The notes beneath the pieces are model-generated. The model was not told the DNA's origin. It did no database searches and worked only from the letters and a program-made list of their open reading frames with translations. The position numbers and the translations under genes were made by a program. A DNA stretch of 63,229 bases, filler included, from Bonamia ostreae (Eukaryota), in NCBI GenBank assembly GCA_040357525.1. It is 57 parts of 57 records of this genome, joined end to end, with 100 filler letters (N's around TTAATTAATTAA, not from the genome) between each part and the next. Parts side by side here need not be neighbours in the genome. Positions count along the whole stretch, not along the records: positions 1 to 1,018 come from JBDODL010003028.1; positions 1,119 to 2,136 come from JBDODL010003029.1; positions 2,237 to 3,254 come from JBDODL010003030.1; positions 3,355 to 4,372 come from JBDODL010003031.1; positions 4,473 to 5,489 come from JBDODL010003032.1; positions 5,590 to 6,606 come from JBDODL010003033.1; positions 6,707 to 7,723 come from JBDODL010003034.1; positions 7,824 to 8,840 come from JBDODL010003035.1; 49 more parts are not named here. One strand, written 5' to 3'. This document shows, one piece after another, positions 1 to 12,290 of the stretch. Numbering within the stretch: position 1 is the first letter of the stretch; every line of letters begins with the position of its first letter.

Positions 1-35
1 AATTAGAAAACGCGGCGATCAAAATAAACAATGAC

Positions 36-293
36 ATGGAACAAATGCGATTCCGACAAGCGAAAATCGCGGAAAAAATTTCCCGTTTGGAACTGTCTGT
101 CGGAACCGCTAAAGATTTTGACGGACGTCTGAAAAACATAGAAGCGCACGATTTTGCAGAGAACTCAGATTTTCTCAGCAAAAAACTGCTTAGATATATT
201 TCAATCGACCGTTCAATAACGGACACACTTTCTGTTCTAAGAAAAATTGTTGATCAAGGCGATTTTGATGTTGCTGTTTATATGAAAGTTTAA
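36..293 (+). CDS. Protist hypothetical protein fragment (coiled-coil-like), partial
   Basis: Open frame from the contig start with protist-like codon usage; no family recognised. Confidence 0.4.
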   Translation: MEQMRFRQAKIAEKISRLELSVGTAKDFDGRLKNIEAHDFAENSDFLSKKLLRYISIDRSITDTLSVLRKIVDQGDFDVAVYMKV

Positions 294-482
294 AATTTTT
301 GCCAAAAAAAAATTTTAATTTTGAAAAAAAAAGAATATCGGGAAAATTTTCAAGACGCAATTTAAAGTACGCCACGCGATAATCTCAATCATAAAAATGA
401 AATCAGAACAGAATAAATAATAAAAAATTAATTATGTCTAAAAACTTAAAATAAAAAATTAGCCATTTTGAACAAACTTTCT

Positions 483-903
483 TTTTCAATTGTTGGCTCC
501 GGCCCATCTGGAATGTACACAGCAATGCATTTGTTAAGAAAATTCAAATTTGCTCAAATCACTTTGTTTTCGTCTTAAAAATGACCGCTTTTTTATAAAA
601 CAAGCACTTTTTAAATCAAAAATATTTATAAAAGAATAGACAAAAATCCGATGCCGTTTGGGTTAGCCAGGTTTGGGGTCGCTCCTGACAACACTGACAC
701 CAAACGGGTTCTGAACAGATTCAACGACATTTTGTTGAATCCGAATTGCTCTTTTTTGGGAAACGTCAAAGTTTCGTTTTAGATTTTCAGTTTTTGTAAA
801 AATATTTGTAAATTATTATCTTTTTGTTTTCAGTTTGGAAAGGACATAAAAATTGATTTTCTACAGAAATATTTTGATGCAGTTATTTTGGCTTACGGTG
901 CTG
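483..903 (+). CDS. FDXR: NADPH:adrenodoxin (ferredoxin) oxidoreductase, N-terminal exons, protist
   Basis: Spliced with introns 566-634 and 771-833 it reads FSIVGSGPSGMYTA...TLIDKNPMPFGLARFGVAPD...FLGNVK/FGKDIKIDFLQKYFDAVILAYGA. This has the FAD-binding GxGxxG and the PFGLxRxGVAPD motif; start codon not resolved. Confidence 0.9.
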
Positions 904-1018
904 GTTTTTCTATAAAATTGCAATATTTTTGGTCATTTTGTAAATCTATTAAATTTGGTTTATGCCATTTTTCGATCTTAATCAAATGTCTCCGTTTTTT
1001 ATTTATGTCATTTTTGTG

Positions 1019-1118
1019 NNNNNNNNNNNNNNNNNNNNNNNNNNNNNNNNNNNNNNNNNNNNTTAATTAATTAANNNNNNNNNNNNNNNNNNNNNNNNNN
1101 NNNNNNNNNNNNNNNNNN
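1019..1118. other. Artificial contig-joining spacer (first of 56)
   Basis: 44 N + TTAATTAATTAA (stops in all six frames) + 44 N, recurring every ~1.1 kb; contig lengths fall monotonically from 1018 to 1004 bp. Confidence 0.99.
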
Positions 1119-1180
1119 TTTATGATTTTACAGAGATATACATGGGAACAATAATGCCGCGTTAGTTAATTTTCTCATAG

Positions 1181-2050
1181 AACCTTTGACAGATTCATAT
1201 TTGAAAGTTTTCGAGGCGTCTTTGGAAAAAAGAGAAGTCTTTGGTCTTCGAGATTTTTACAGGTACAGCATTGTAAATCTTAAACGAAATATCGAAAATT
1301 CAAAAGTATTGAATTGAGTTAAATATCTACATTTTCTGATGTTTTGCCTTAAGTAAGTTACTCAAGAAATGATTTTCGACTTCTCCATGAAAGAGATCAC
1401 ATCACATGACATGATTTAAATACGGTATCATGATAAAGTGACTTAAATCATGATTGTGACACTGCAATTTATCAAGTTAGAAAATAATAAATTCACAACT
1501 TAATTACATTGAAATATCGTTTGTGATAGCTACACATTGAAATATTTATAACAGCTAACGTTATTTTCGCTTGTATTATAGAATGGTGAAAGCAAAATAT
1601 GTATAATCACATTAAATTAACTTTTTAAGTTTAGTGAAAATGATTTCAACGTTTGCCGAGAAAAGCCGTAAAAAACCTACTTGGATGATGCTACAGCATT
1701 CCGTGTTACGAAATTTTGGTGGTTTAGATGATACAGTCATTAAGCCATGGGAAATATTTGAAAAGAAGCTGGAACCACATGTTGGAAATAGTGGGGTTGG
1801 TGATGAATTTCAAAACAAAACACTTGTCATAATCTACTTAAATGATCAAATTGAATCATTAACTTTGTATGAATTGTATCGAAAAAGACAAGTGTACATT
1901 GAATGAGACGCTATCCCCTTTGTATCATAATTTTAAAGATAGCATATAGCTCTATTGAAATTTATATAATTTGTTATTTAGAAAACAAAAGGTGATCCAG
2001 ACTGCTCACCAACGGGACTCATAGAAGCAAGTTTAGCAGGGCGTGAACAG
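1181..2050 (+). CDS. RNF213: RNF213 (mysterin)-like AAA+/E3 ligase, three internal exons (~1181-1262, from 1630, ~1982-2050), animal host
   Basis: Spliced it reads EVFGLRDFYS/LVKMIST...HSVLRNFGGLDD, matching the RNF213 FGLRDFYSLIK and LRNFGG motifs; animal-type splice sites. Confidence 0.8.
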
Positions 2051-3354
2051 TGAGTAATGTTTTGACTTTTCGGTTTTTCTCAGCAGACCCTATAATTATG
2101 GAGGAAATATGAGATCTCCCCAAACAAAGACATGCTNNNNNNNNNNNNNNNNNNNNNNNNNNNNNNNNNNNNNNNNNNNNTTAATTAATTAANNNNNNNN
2201 NNNNNNNNNNNNNNNNNNNNNNNNNNNNNNNNNNNNATATCGTCTATAAAAAAAAAACGAACATGAAATTCAGTCCGTTTTCCTCTTTGTTAACTTCGAT
2301 CTTTTTATATTCAGTGGTTTGGGAAAATATGCTTTATCAAAGTATGTAAATATAGATATATTGCTTTATTAACATATCCAGCATGTTTTCCAGTTTTAGA
2401 GATGATTTAATGAAAACATTAACGATCTAAATTAATGTCTGGATGCCACATTTATGGAATACTCTCCTTTCTTTCAACAATATCAAATGACTACTATCAT
2501 TTACTACTGAGAATGAAATGTATGCTTCCATCAGTGAACTAAAAAAGATTTTAGAATTTTCTACAAAAGTATCAAAACAGAAACTAAAACAACTTCAAAA
2601 ATCGTCTCTGATAAAATGGCGGTTGGTGTTACCGATGATCAATGATTCATTAAACCTCCCAGGCACATGGAGCGATCTGTGATGTGTTCATGAACCCAGG
2701 TTTACTCTGCTCTCGGTTGTCATTGTTTATAGGATATATGAAATATATGCTGTTCGATTTCATTACTTTTTTCATATTGATATCTGGTGTGAACTTTAAG
2801 TTAAGTATATGCATAGATTTTGATATATTTTGCATTTTTCAATCCATGCAGCAAAATCATTTTTAAAAAAGTATTAAAAACAATGCGACAAGGAAATTGA
2901 TCCCACTCTCCCTTTCTATCACCTCCATATATGTTTGTAGAAATGTATTAAAGATTAAATCGTTAGTTCTCCTAAGAAGATGTAACAATTCGATTGAAAA
3001 CGAAAAGAAAACACTTAAAGACTGCAAAGTTAGCAACGGCTATACAACGATAAATGCACAAGCTTAAACGTCTTTGACATACAAACTCACTTCAACCAAT
3101 TATGATTGGTGAGTTGAACAAGATCCTGTATTATCTTATCAGAGATCACTATCCTGTGGTTTCTTATGCCTTAAGTTTATTCTATTTGATCTATTGTTTA
3201 ATTTAAGAATTAGATTTCATACATACTCATCTTTGAGATTTTCTTCCATGTTGTNNNNNNNNNNNNNNNNNNNNNNNNNNNNNNNNNNNNNNNNNNNNTT
3301 AATTAATTAANNNNNNNNNNNNNNNNNNNNNNNNNNNNNNNNNNNNNNNNNNNN

Positions 3355-4110
3355 GACGAACAAAGTCGAAAGCGACCAATCCGATTTGGAAAACGTCCGG
3401 ATTCTGTTGATGCGGTTCCGCTTGTTAGAATGCCACTTCAACTCGGAATACGAAACCATCGAGATCCCCCAAAATCTCAAGTGCTTCAGTGACAGCAAAA
3501 TCGACGGCGCTCAGAACGACGGAGAAGAAACCGGACTTGAAATCCAACAGAAAAAAGTGCAATCGCTTTTCGCCGAAAACATTCCGCCGAAACTGATCGA
3601 CAGAACAGCCGACTTCGAGAAACGAATGGAAACCGTCTTCGCGCACTGCCAGAAATGCTTTCTGATGAAAGAGCGTCTGAAGAAACGCCATTCCCGGGAA
3701 AAAGAAAACTTGCCCAAAACGAAAAAGTCGAACGGCATTTTCGGATTCAAAATGACCAAAGCGGAGAGACTGAAAACGGTCAAAGTCGACGAAAATCTTG
3801 CGATCAGATTCGCGAAGCAAATGGAGAAGTACGGCAATTTGCGGGAGAACAGAGACGCCAAAACGGACCAGAACTTGTCCGGGAAGCAGATTTTGGAGGA
3901 GATAGCGCTGCAGACGAGTTTCTACCGGTTCCAAAGAAAGGTTTTCGAGAAGACGGTTTTCGCGGCGCCGTTCGACGAGTTGTCGGAAGCGCAGAAGTTC
4001 AAAGTGTTTGAGAAGTTTGAGCCGTTTTCGTTTATTTGGTCAACTTTGTACGAGAGTTGGCTGAAGAACGCGAGCGGAGTGCGCAAGAGCGAGCGGATCG
4101 GTTTTTTGCA
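3355..4110 (+). CDS. Protist hypothetical protein, partial
   Basis: Long GC-richer ORF (3386-4198 in the track) that runs into a T-rich tract starting with GTTTTT at ~4101, probably an intron. Confidence 0.6.
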
Positions 4111-7029
4111 ATATTTTTTTGAATTTTTGAAGTTTTTGGTGATTTGGATTTTAATTAGTGTAATTGATTGGATCTATTTTTACATCATATATATTTAAAT
4201 TATTTATTTTTTTTTTTTATTTTATTTTATTTTAAATTTTTTTTTAATAAATTAAATTATTTTAATTTATATTTTTAGTTCTTTTTTTAATTAATATGTG
4301 ATTTTATGTGACTATACGTTATTTTTTTTTGGTGTTGTTAGTTGTTCACTGTTGTTTTTTTTATTTTTTATTNNNNNNNNNNNNNNNNNNNNNNNNNNNN
4401 NNNNNNNNNNNNNNNNTTAATTAATTAANNNNNNNNNNNNNNNNNNNNNNNNNNNNNNNNNNNNNNNNNNNNTGATAACCTTCCGGACGGAGTGAAGTCA
4501 TTCAATGAGATAAATTATTCTTTAAAGATGAAAAATTATACAGAACTAGTGCCTTTGACGAATTCCGTTCACTGCGGTGCGTTATATGTTGATGCAGAAA
4601 CCACTAAGCGCCGTTAATTCAAAGTTTGTTCAATAATCCACGTAAATTAAAAATGGAATTGACTGTATGGTTCAAATTTCGTTTAGATTATTTTATTGTA
4701 TTTCATTCTACTCTGAATGAAAAAGAGTGATAGAGAGTTTACATCTGTACCTGAGAAAACCAATACAATATGATAAATGGTTCTTGTTTAAAAAGTAATA
4801 AAAATGATATGAAATAAGCCTTTTGTTAATATGAAACCTTACATGTAAACAAATGTTATATTGATCAGTAATATCCTTCATATTCGAAATACCGTTTTTA
4901 TTTACTCCCTGAATACTTATCAATTACATGGTTTGCGTATGGACAGAAACAGTTTAATGTAAAAATTTGATGTAGTGTTATAATTCCGTGTATTTTATAA
5001 AGAATAATTATTTTAAGTCATGATATTTTGAAGGGTCTCACAAAACCACTAAACACATGGGCTACTTAAATTTGATCTCACAGAACTGTCAAACACATGA
5101 ATTACTTATATTTTACTTAAAATATAATCTACTTAAATCAGATTTCACACAATTAATAAATGGATTATCCGCAAAACAAGTGGTTTTAGATACATAAACC
5201 ACATAAATCTATCATATATCGATATTAGGGGTGTCAACTGCCTCGTTTAAAGTCAGTCAACAATCTAGTTTGCCAATACAATGCAATGCAACCTTAATTT
5301 AACTACGGATGCTTTTGTTTACATAATAAAGATATATGGCTCACTGGGCTACAGGGGCTACGTATTCCTCCAAGGTACCTAATTATATTTCGGGTGTAAA
5401 CAGGGATCTGCGTTTCATCCTTCAAATTTATATTCTTTGCAGGATTTATCAGGGGGTAGTCGACAATGCATGCTTTTATATCACACATCNNNNNNNNNNN
5501 NNNNNNNNNNNNNNNNNNNNNNNNNNNNNNNNNTTAATTAATTAANNNNNNNNNNNNNNNNNNNNNNNNNNNNNNNNNNNNNNNNNNNNATCGATAAGTA
5601 ACATGAGGATGGAGCTACCTCAAAATGTGTTTTCCAAAGAATATGATTGAGGTACCAATTCCTTTGTAATTGACAATTCTTTGGTGATATTGAATATGAA
5701 TTGTCGTGATTACACGTTTTGTAAAACCGTAAACAAAAATACTGTTAAGTATTTTGCAAAGGAGTACTTTTATATGCGGAACCCACAGTATAAAGAAAAG
5801 ATAGAACTTCTTTTACATAGAAAAATATTTTAACTAAATGTTCTAACGTTTATAATGCATATAAGCTGCACAACCACCAACGCCCAATAAATGTACCACC
5901 TTGGCATTTAGACTTGTCATAGCTAAACACAGCTAAAAATATATAAACCAGTTTTATCGATTTTTCGTCTCCTTGTTTCCTCTACTCTGTAGGAACTAGA
6001 CTGAATGAAGATCAGATAAGGGATAACCTGCAGTTGATGGTGAGTATTGTTTTCATCTGGATCAAACTCACTCCTAATTACAATCTATAGATGTAAGTTC
6101 GATTCAGCCCATCACAAATTGGTACCTGTTTAACAACAGAATTTAATTTGCGAGAGTTCTGTCGTAAAGACGTGAATGCTAGAATTAAAACTTGTGTGAA
6201 ATTGCATATTTTACTTACTTGTACTATTTATTAATCATTTGTGTTAAATAATTCAGGCTAAACGGGCCCTGACTTGGAACAAATAAATGTAAAGGAGATA
6301 TCTTTTGTGAAATATCAGCAGTCGTAACAACACCATGGAAGCTAGATAAAGTATGGTATAAAACACAGCTGTATTTTCTTTTCTACCATGGTTACAGAAA
6401 AGATCAATAGAATGCCGCAACCATTATTTTGCAATGCAAATTACATCATCATACTATTGTAAGATTATTGATATATTTGAATTTTGACACGTAAAATAAA
6501 CATATGGGTTTAAAATTCTATTGAGGTCATATTGATTTCATGTTTTCAATAACGTTAGCCGTTGTGTTATAACATTTGTGAAATGACTAGGATATGGCTC
6601 TTTTGCNNNNNNNNNNNNNNNNNNNNNNNNNNNNNNNNNNNNNNNNNNNNTTAATTAATTAANNNNNNNNNNNNNNNNNNNNNNNNNNNNNNNNNNNNNN
6701 NNNNNNGTCCAGCTGTTGTGCTTCCATAGTTCTTTCACTTAAGTCATCTTCTGCAATATAGTAATAGTATAAATGTTAATGTATTTCAGTTAAATTAAAG
6801 CACCTTTTGAACCAAGAGCCCCAATGCTCCTTATCAATTCATACACACCTTTAGCGTTATGTTAAATACTGATATTACAGTTTGGGAATGCATTAATAAT
6901 TTTGACCCCTTCATTTGATCCACCTTGAGGGAGCCCGACTCCATAATTGTATCTATGCTGATCATACCCTGGTCATGTTTATCTTTTCTCAATATAACAT
7001 CCAGAAGTAAAGACTTCCAAGAAATGCTC

Positions 7030-7420
7030 TTCCATTGAATGAACCATAGAGTCAGCCCCACCCTTATCAGAAACCCCCTGCCCCAAAAGGCCATGAATTT
7101 CACAATTCATATGGAGGTGAATTGTTATAGCAATTAATATGTCAAGAAGAAAATTTTCACAGAATAAATATATTTCTTTATAAGGTCAACATCCCCATCC
7201 ACAAACACCTGGAAACTGACAAAGGGCCCATGAATTTCACACTTTGGGTACAGGCCTCCTTATTCAGTGTCGTCATGAAGTTAGATTACCTGCTAGATTT
7301 CAAGACGAAAAGTTTCTGAACATTGGGTGGTTAAGGCCCAAGGAAAATAAATTTATATACATAAATGCTATCCATCAAATTTTGTGAAAAATAGCCTTGC
7401 AGTTAAAAGAATGAGATGAG
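7030..7420. repeat. Host interspersed repeat with a CATGAATTTCACA core (related copy at ~51200-51540)
   Basis: Core occurs twice here (~7092, ~7229) and at ~51440 in an unrelated contig. Confidence 0.5.
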
Positions 7421-7486
7421 AATAAATACCTCAACATATGAAATAATTAGCATATACATGAAATCAGTAATCATTAATAATTTCAC

Positions 7487-7689
7487 CTCTATCCAAGTTT
7501 ATAGGCTTTTTGATTATCTTCTGGGCTAATTGGTTTAAAGCTGTGTATTGTTCCTCATCACTATGAAAGTTCAGTAGATGACATGGAAAATTGGATGGCT
7601 TTCCATTTAAAGTTTCTAGTCCCATCACATCCATGGCAGCTCCCACAATATAGGCATCCAGACAATCTTCCACAAAGGCAAAATGTGCT
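7487..7689 (-). CDS. DUF6589-like exon (possibly transposon-derived), host
   Basis: AG/GT-bounded exon AHFAFVEDCLDAYIVGAAMDVMG, resembling DUF6589 proteins from memory. Confidence 0.45.
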
Positions 7690-8454
7690 CTACAAATAAA
7701 GCAAAAGAATATACAAGAGTTTCNNNNNNNNNNNNNNNNNNNNNNNNNNNNNNNNNNNNNNNNNNNNTTAATTAATTAANNNNNNNNNNNNNNNNNNNNN
7801 NNNNNNNNNNNNNNNNNNNNNNNTCGGTAATCCCCATCATTTTTTTTCAGCTAAGGTAGAGTAAATCACGTGATTCAATTATGTAATCATTGGAGCCTCC
7901 CTCGGTAATACAAGATTTTGATGCTTGTTTTGCAAATGCGGGAAGCTTTACCTGCAGCTGGTGAAGTTTATAAATGTATGTTTCAAGATTTGAAAAAAAT
8001 AAAACATTTTAATTTCATCTTACAATATTTTAAAGTATCTGTCAAAAACAAATGTCTATCGTCCGTGTATTGCAGTTCTTTTGCAGAGGACAGCAGCTTA
8101 TTTTGTACTTTTTGGTACTGGTATGACAACATGTACGTTTATCAGTGGAAGGAGGTCCCAAACTTAAAAGCATCCGTACATAACACAAGATAGTGAAATA
8201 ACTTTCACTTTAGCCTACTTTTTATTAAAGGGGCATTGACGAGATTCAATGACAAAAATACTTAGATAGGCAATTGATAATACGATAGAAATTGATAAGT
8301 GCAAAACATAACAACAAACCTGAATTTAATAAAAAGAAAAAAATGACGCAAGAGTGTATTTTAGACATCAGAACTTTTATTTTCAAAACAAGACATGAAC
8401 CCTGTCTATGGTTACATGTCACGTGCCTCAAATATTAATACACCACTCGTGCTT

Positions 8455-8700
8455 TCTCAGTGGTCAGAGCGTTCGCTTCGTAACTGGGAGNNNNNNNNNN
8501 TCTGATATAATCTTTTCAAAGGGAGGTCCCATGTCACGATATATAGGAGTTAACACATTGCTAGGGCCTTGAACGCTAATGGCACGTTGTCATGAAGTAT
8601 AGGTCTTAATTTGTGGAACATCACCTAGAGCTGGTGAAGCCTCAATATGACTGAAAAAATTCTTGATGGGAAGCAAAACAAACACCAACCAACCAACCAA
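8455..8700 (+). mobile_element. Decayed tRNA-derived SINE, bivalve type
   Basis: A-box-like CTCAGTGGTCAGAGCG head, body shared with 9165-9505, (AACC)n tail. Confidence 0.6.
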
Positions 8701-9164
8701 ATATCAACTTGGCGCCAAAGCTGACAGTTTCAGTGAAAAAAGTGTTTACAACGAACATTTCCAGTGTTCAACTTTGTAGCTTGCTCCCTAAATTGATTTA
8801 TATTTAACCTATGTCGAGTGTTGAATGGTTTTGACATACGNNNNNNNNNNNNNNNNNNNNNNNNNNNNNNNNNNNNNNNNNNNNTTAATTAATTAANNNN
8901 NNNNNNNNNNNNNNNNNNNNNNNNNNNNNNNNNNNNNNNNATTCGTGCCCATTTGAATTTCAACATTATGTACATATTTAATAATTAGAGTAGATGGGGA
9001 ACTTTAAAATTGCTATCACTGGAATAACGCATGAATAAATCTTTCATTACAAAGGACATTTTAAAGCGAAAATAGATAAACAAAATTCATTTCATCAACA
9101 GGTTCCTACAAGCCAGCCCTTTTTCGAATTGTATCTGACTCAGTTACGATTGTAAATAAGCACG

Positions 9165-9505
9165 AACCGATCGCGGTGGTTTAGTGGTAAAATTTGTGAC
9201 CGGGAGGTCGTGGGAGCCCCGCTCATGCGTTGCCCTCGTTAAATGTAAGACGCAAATAATAATTAGCAAATGCTCCTTCGTGAACCTTCAGTATTAAGAA
9301 AGGTGAGTCATTGGCTCTTCAGATGACACCTTTAAAAAGAGGCATCGCATCTCGACAGCCATTAACATGTTAAAGATCTCTCAATTGCATACTCTTGAGT
9401 GCCATACATACACTGTAGGTTTGGATACGTGAAACTTCATCTTCAGCAGGTGACGTCTCAATATAAGTGCAGGTTCTTTACAAAATGTCAAACAAATAAA
9501 AAACC
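9165..9505 (+). mobile_element. Decayed tRNA-derived SINE (further fragments at ~12100-12190 minus, ~28450-28520, ~35080-35190)
   Basis: GGTGGTTTAGTGGTAA...GGGAGGTCGTGGG head; GGTGACGTCTCAATAT 3' motif shared between copies; A-rich tail. Confidence 0.6.
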
Positions 9506-10057
9506 ATACTATTTCAAAATTATTGAAAGCATTGATAAATCGCTTTTGATGTTTTCAATCGTGATCATTGCATATGTCTCAGACTTTTCCATCCAAAATT
9601 CTTTTGCGGAATGAATGTGTTGCACAATTGCAAACGACATCCGCCACCAAAAACCAATCATACGATTTCAGTCAAAATGTAATGCACTACTTCAAAGATA
9701 TAGCATTATATTCGTCGGACAAAGTTACGTCATACAATTGTAGCAAGAAAAGAGACTCGGAAATAGTACAATGGGGGCTACTGTTAACGCTTTCGAGATT
9801 AACCTGCCGACTTTTCGTAATAGAATACTTTTAAGATGGGATCGTTTTGTCTCTTTCGAAGAAGAAGACTACACTTTTCATTATATTATTTCATTCCTCT
9901 GACAAGAATGTATCCGATCTATGAAAAAGAGTGATGATCCACATAAAATAATTATGANNNNNNNNNNNNNNNNNNNNNNNNNNNNNNNNNNNNNNNNNNN
10001 NTTAATTAATTAANNNNNNNNNNNNNNNNNNNNNNNNNNNNNNNNNNNNNNNNNNNN

Positions 10058-10818
10058 AGAAACTCAATTAATTTTGATTCTAAAATCGAGACGAATAATT
10101 GATTGTTTAATTTTTTCCAATTAAAATATTTTCTTGTTATCGAATCTGTTTACATTCATTTTAATATTAATTAATATTGGTGAATGGTCACTTCCAATGT
10201 CTTTGAGTTTTTTATATTTGATACAAAAATATTAGAATATTTTTTTGTAACAACTAAATCAACTGTGGATGTGTCACCAAAATTATTAGTCAGTGTTGAT
10301 ATGAACTTAACTTTATTAACTAACTTCAAATTAGTCATTGTATTATAAAGTTTAATACCATTTATATTTCTCTTACTATTAGACCATGATTCATGTTTAG
10401 CATTAAAATCAGCACAAATAATGCTGTCATGATTAAAATTTATCTCTAAAAATATTTCTTCAAAGTTAATATTTTTAGATGGAATGACATACAAGTTATA
10501 TACATATAAACTTTGTTTGTTTATTCCATAAATTTTAAGACCTTGTATTTCATAGCAGTTATTATTATCTAATTTGTGATGTTTTAGATTTATAATATCA
10601 TGCTTAATATTATTTTTTATATAAATATTAAGTCCACCGCCACTTCTGTTGTGGCTTCTATTATTACAATAAACATCGTATCCATTAATATAGTTTTTAT
10701 TTTTATTCCATACTTCTTGTACACAAACAATATCTGGTTTATTTATGTATATCATATTTTTGAATTCATTGAAATTTTTATTTAATGACCTTGTATTTGT
10801 TGATATAATACACATCAT
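10058..10818 (-). mobile_element. Non-LTR retrotransposon ORF2 APE endonuclease, frameshifted
   Basis: EEP motifs STNTRSL, PDIVCVQEVW, GGGLNIYIK, ICADFNAKH..W, NG..L, STVDL; the terminal GSDH motif and RKYFNWKK lie in other frames. Confidence 0.85.
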
Positions 10819-11571
10819 TGTATCAGGATATTAATATTTAACATTTTCTTATGTAAACTGGTAAAAATATTTTCAAGATATCTTTCAATTTTACTTTCTA
10901 TTTTATCCATTATTTTATTTATCAGCTTAATTTCATCATTTTCTGACAATACAAAATTTTCGGATACTTTATTTAACTTGTTTTTTATATTAACTTTTTT
11001 TACTTTTTGTTTTTCATCTTTCTCGATATCTCGTTTAGGATAAATAGCATTTTTATTTAAAAATTCGTCTTCAGNNNNNNNNNNNNNNNNNNNNNNNNNN
11101 NNNNNNNNNNNNNNNNNNTTAATTAATTAANNNNNNNNNNNNNNNNNNNNNNNNNNNNNNNNNNNNNNNNNNNNTATAATATTGATATATAACTGATAGT
11201 CATACATGCTCTTACTTACAGTCATGTACTACATCAGATTAAGATGTTAATATACTAGTATTCACTACATGCTCAGCATGTCAAAATGAGAGTACTGGAA
11301 CTTGCAGATAAAACATTGACAAATGAGGAATCTATATTCTCGTTGTGAAAAAGATTGCTCGTGGACGAAATGATTCGGGTGATTGTTATTAACCCATAAC
11401 TTTACCTTATTATTAGGTAATTAAGGTATTCATAAACAGCATATTGTAAAACAATTTTATCTCCAGACTTGTTTAGTTTGAATTAATGTATATACTGTAG
11501 ATGCTAAAGAACATCGGAACTGCGGGATCATTTTAACAACCAAATCTACTCATCTGACAGACATTTTCTTA

Positions 11572-11976
11572 CCTAGAATGTGCCTTCAATCTTTTATTTG
11601 CACTCTTTTCGATGATTGAAGATAGTTTTTCTACAAATCTTTGAAACTCTGCATTCATGGCATCGGTATATTCCGTTTCTTTTTTTTCCTAAAATATTTC
11701 AATTCTTATTTTTAATCAAGATTTCTGAGAATCATATCAATAGCTAAGCATCAGAAATAGACATACCTGTTTAAGACTAACATAGAAAGCATTTTCTGGT
11801 GTCATGCCTACATCAGGCCAAGCATCCATTATACATTTGCTAGCATTTTGCTTGATGTTAAGTCTTTCGTCTGTTGGAACTCGGTCCCATTTATTCATGA
11901 CAAATAACACGTCCTCGGTGTAAAAGCATGGCATATCATGCTGCTTTTCCCTAATACGTTTGAAAATGTCCAGCAC
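11572..11976 (-). CDS. Dynamin-like GTPase exons (11767-11976, 11572-11689), host
   Basis: G4 motif LFVMNKWD followed by FYVS; canonical GTATGT and GTAAG donors. Confidence 0.6.
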
Positions 11977-12290
11977 CTTAAATAAGAAAGAATACGTTTA
12001 AAAATACATCACCATTACATTTTTTTCGCACCCGATTTATTGAAATTCACATAAAGGAAACATTGATTGAGTATATATTTTTTAACGTCCCTCTCAACAA
12101 TTTTACACCCAAATGGAGAAGTCTCCATTACCGATGAATAGCTTCACACTTTAGGCCTACACTCGGTACTTAAAGCCTTTGAGCGGTAAGNNNNNNNNNN
12201 NNNNNNNNNNNNNNNNNNNNNNNNNNNNNNNNNNTTAATTAATTAANNNNNNNNNNNNNNNNNNNNNNNNNNNNNNNNNNNNNNNNNNNN

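Noticed and set aside
397-480. Ciliate-type stop-codon reassignment in the protist
   Set aside because: Conserved exons contain no in-frame TAA/TAG once introns are removed, and PSMB5, Piwi and RPA1 end at TAG/TAA at the expected positions
8455-8490. tRNA gene
   Set aside because: Only an A-box-like head followed by SINE body; no complete cloverleaf
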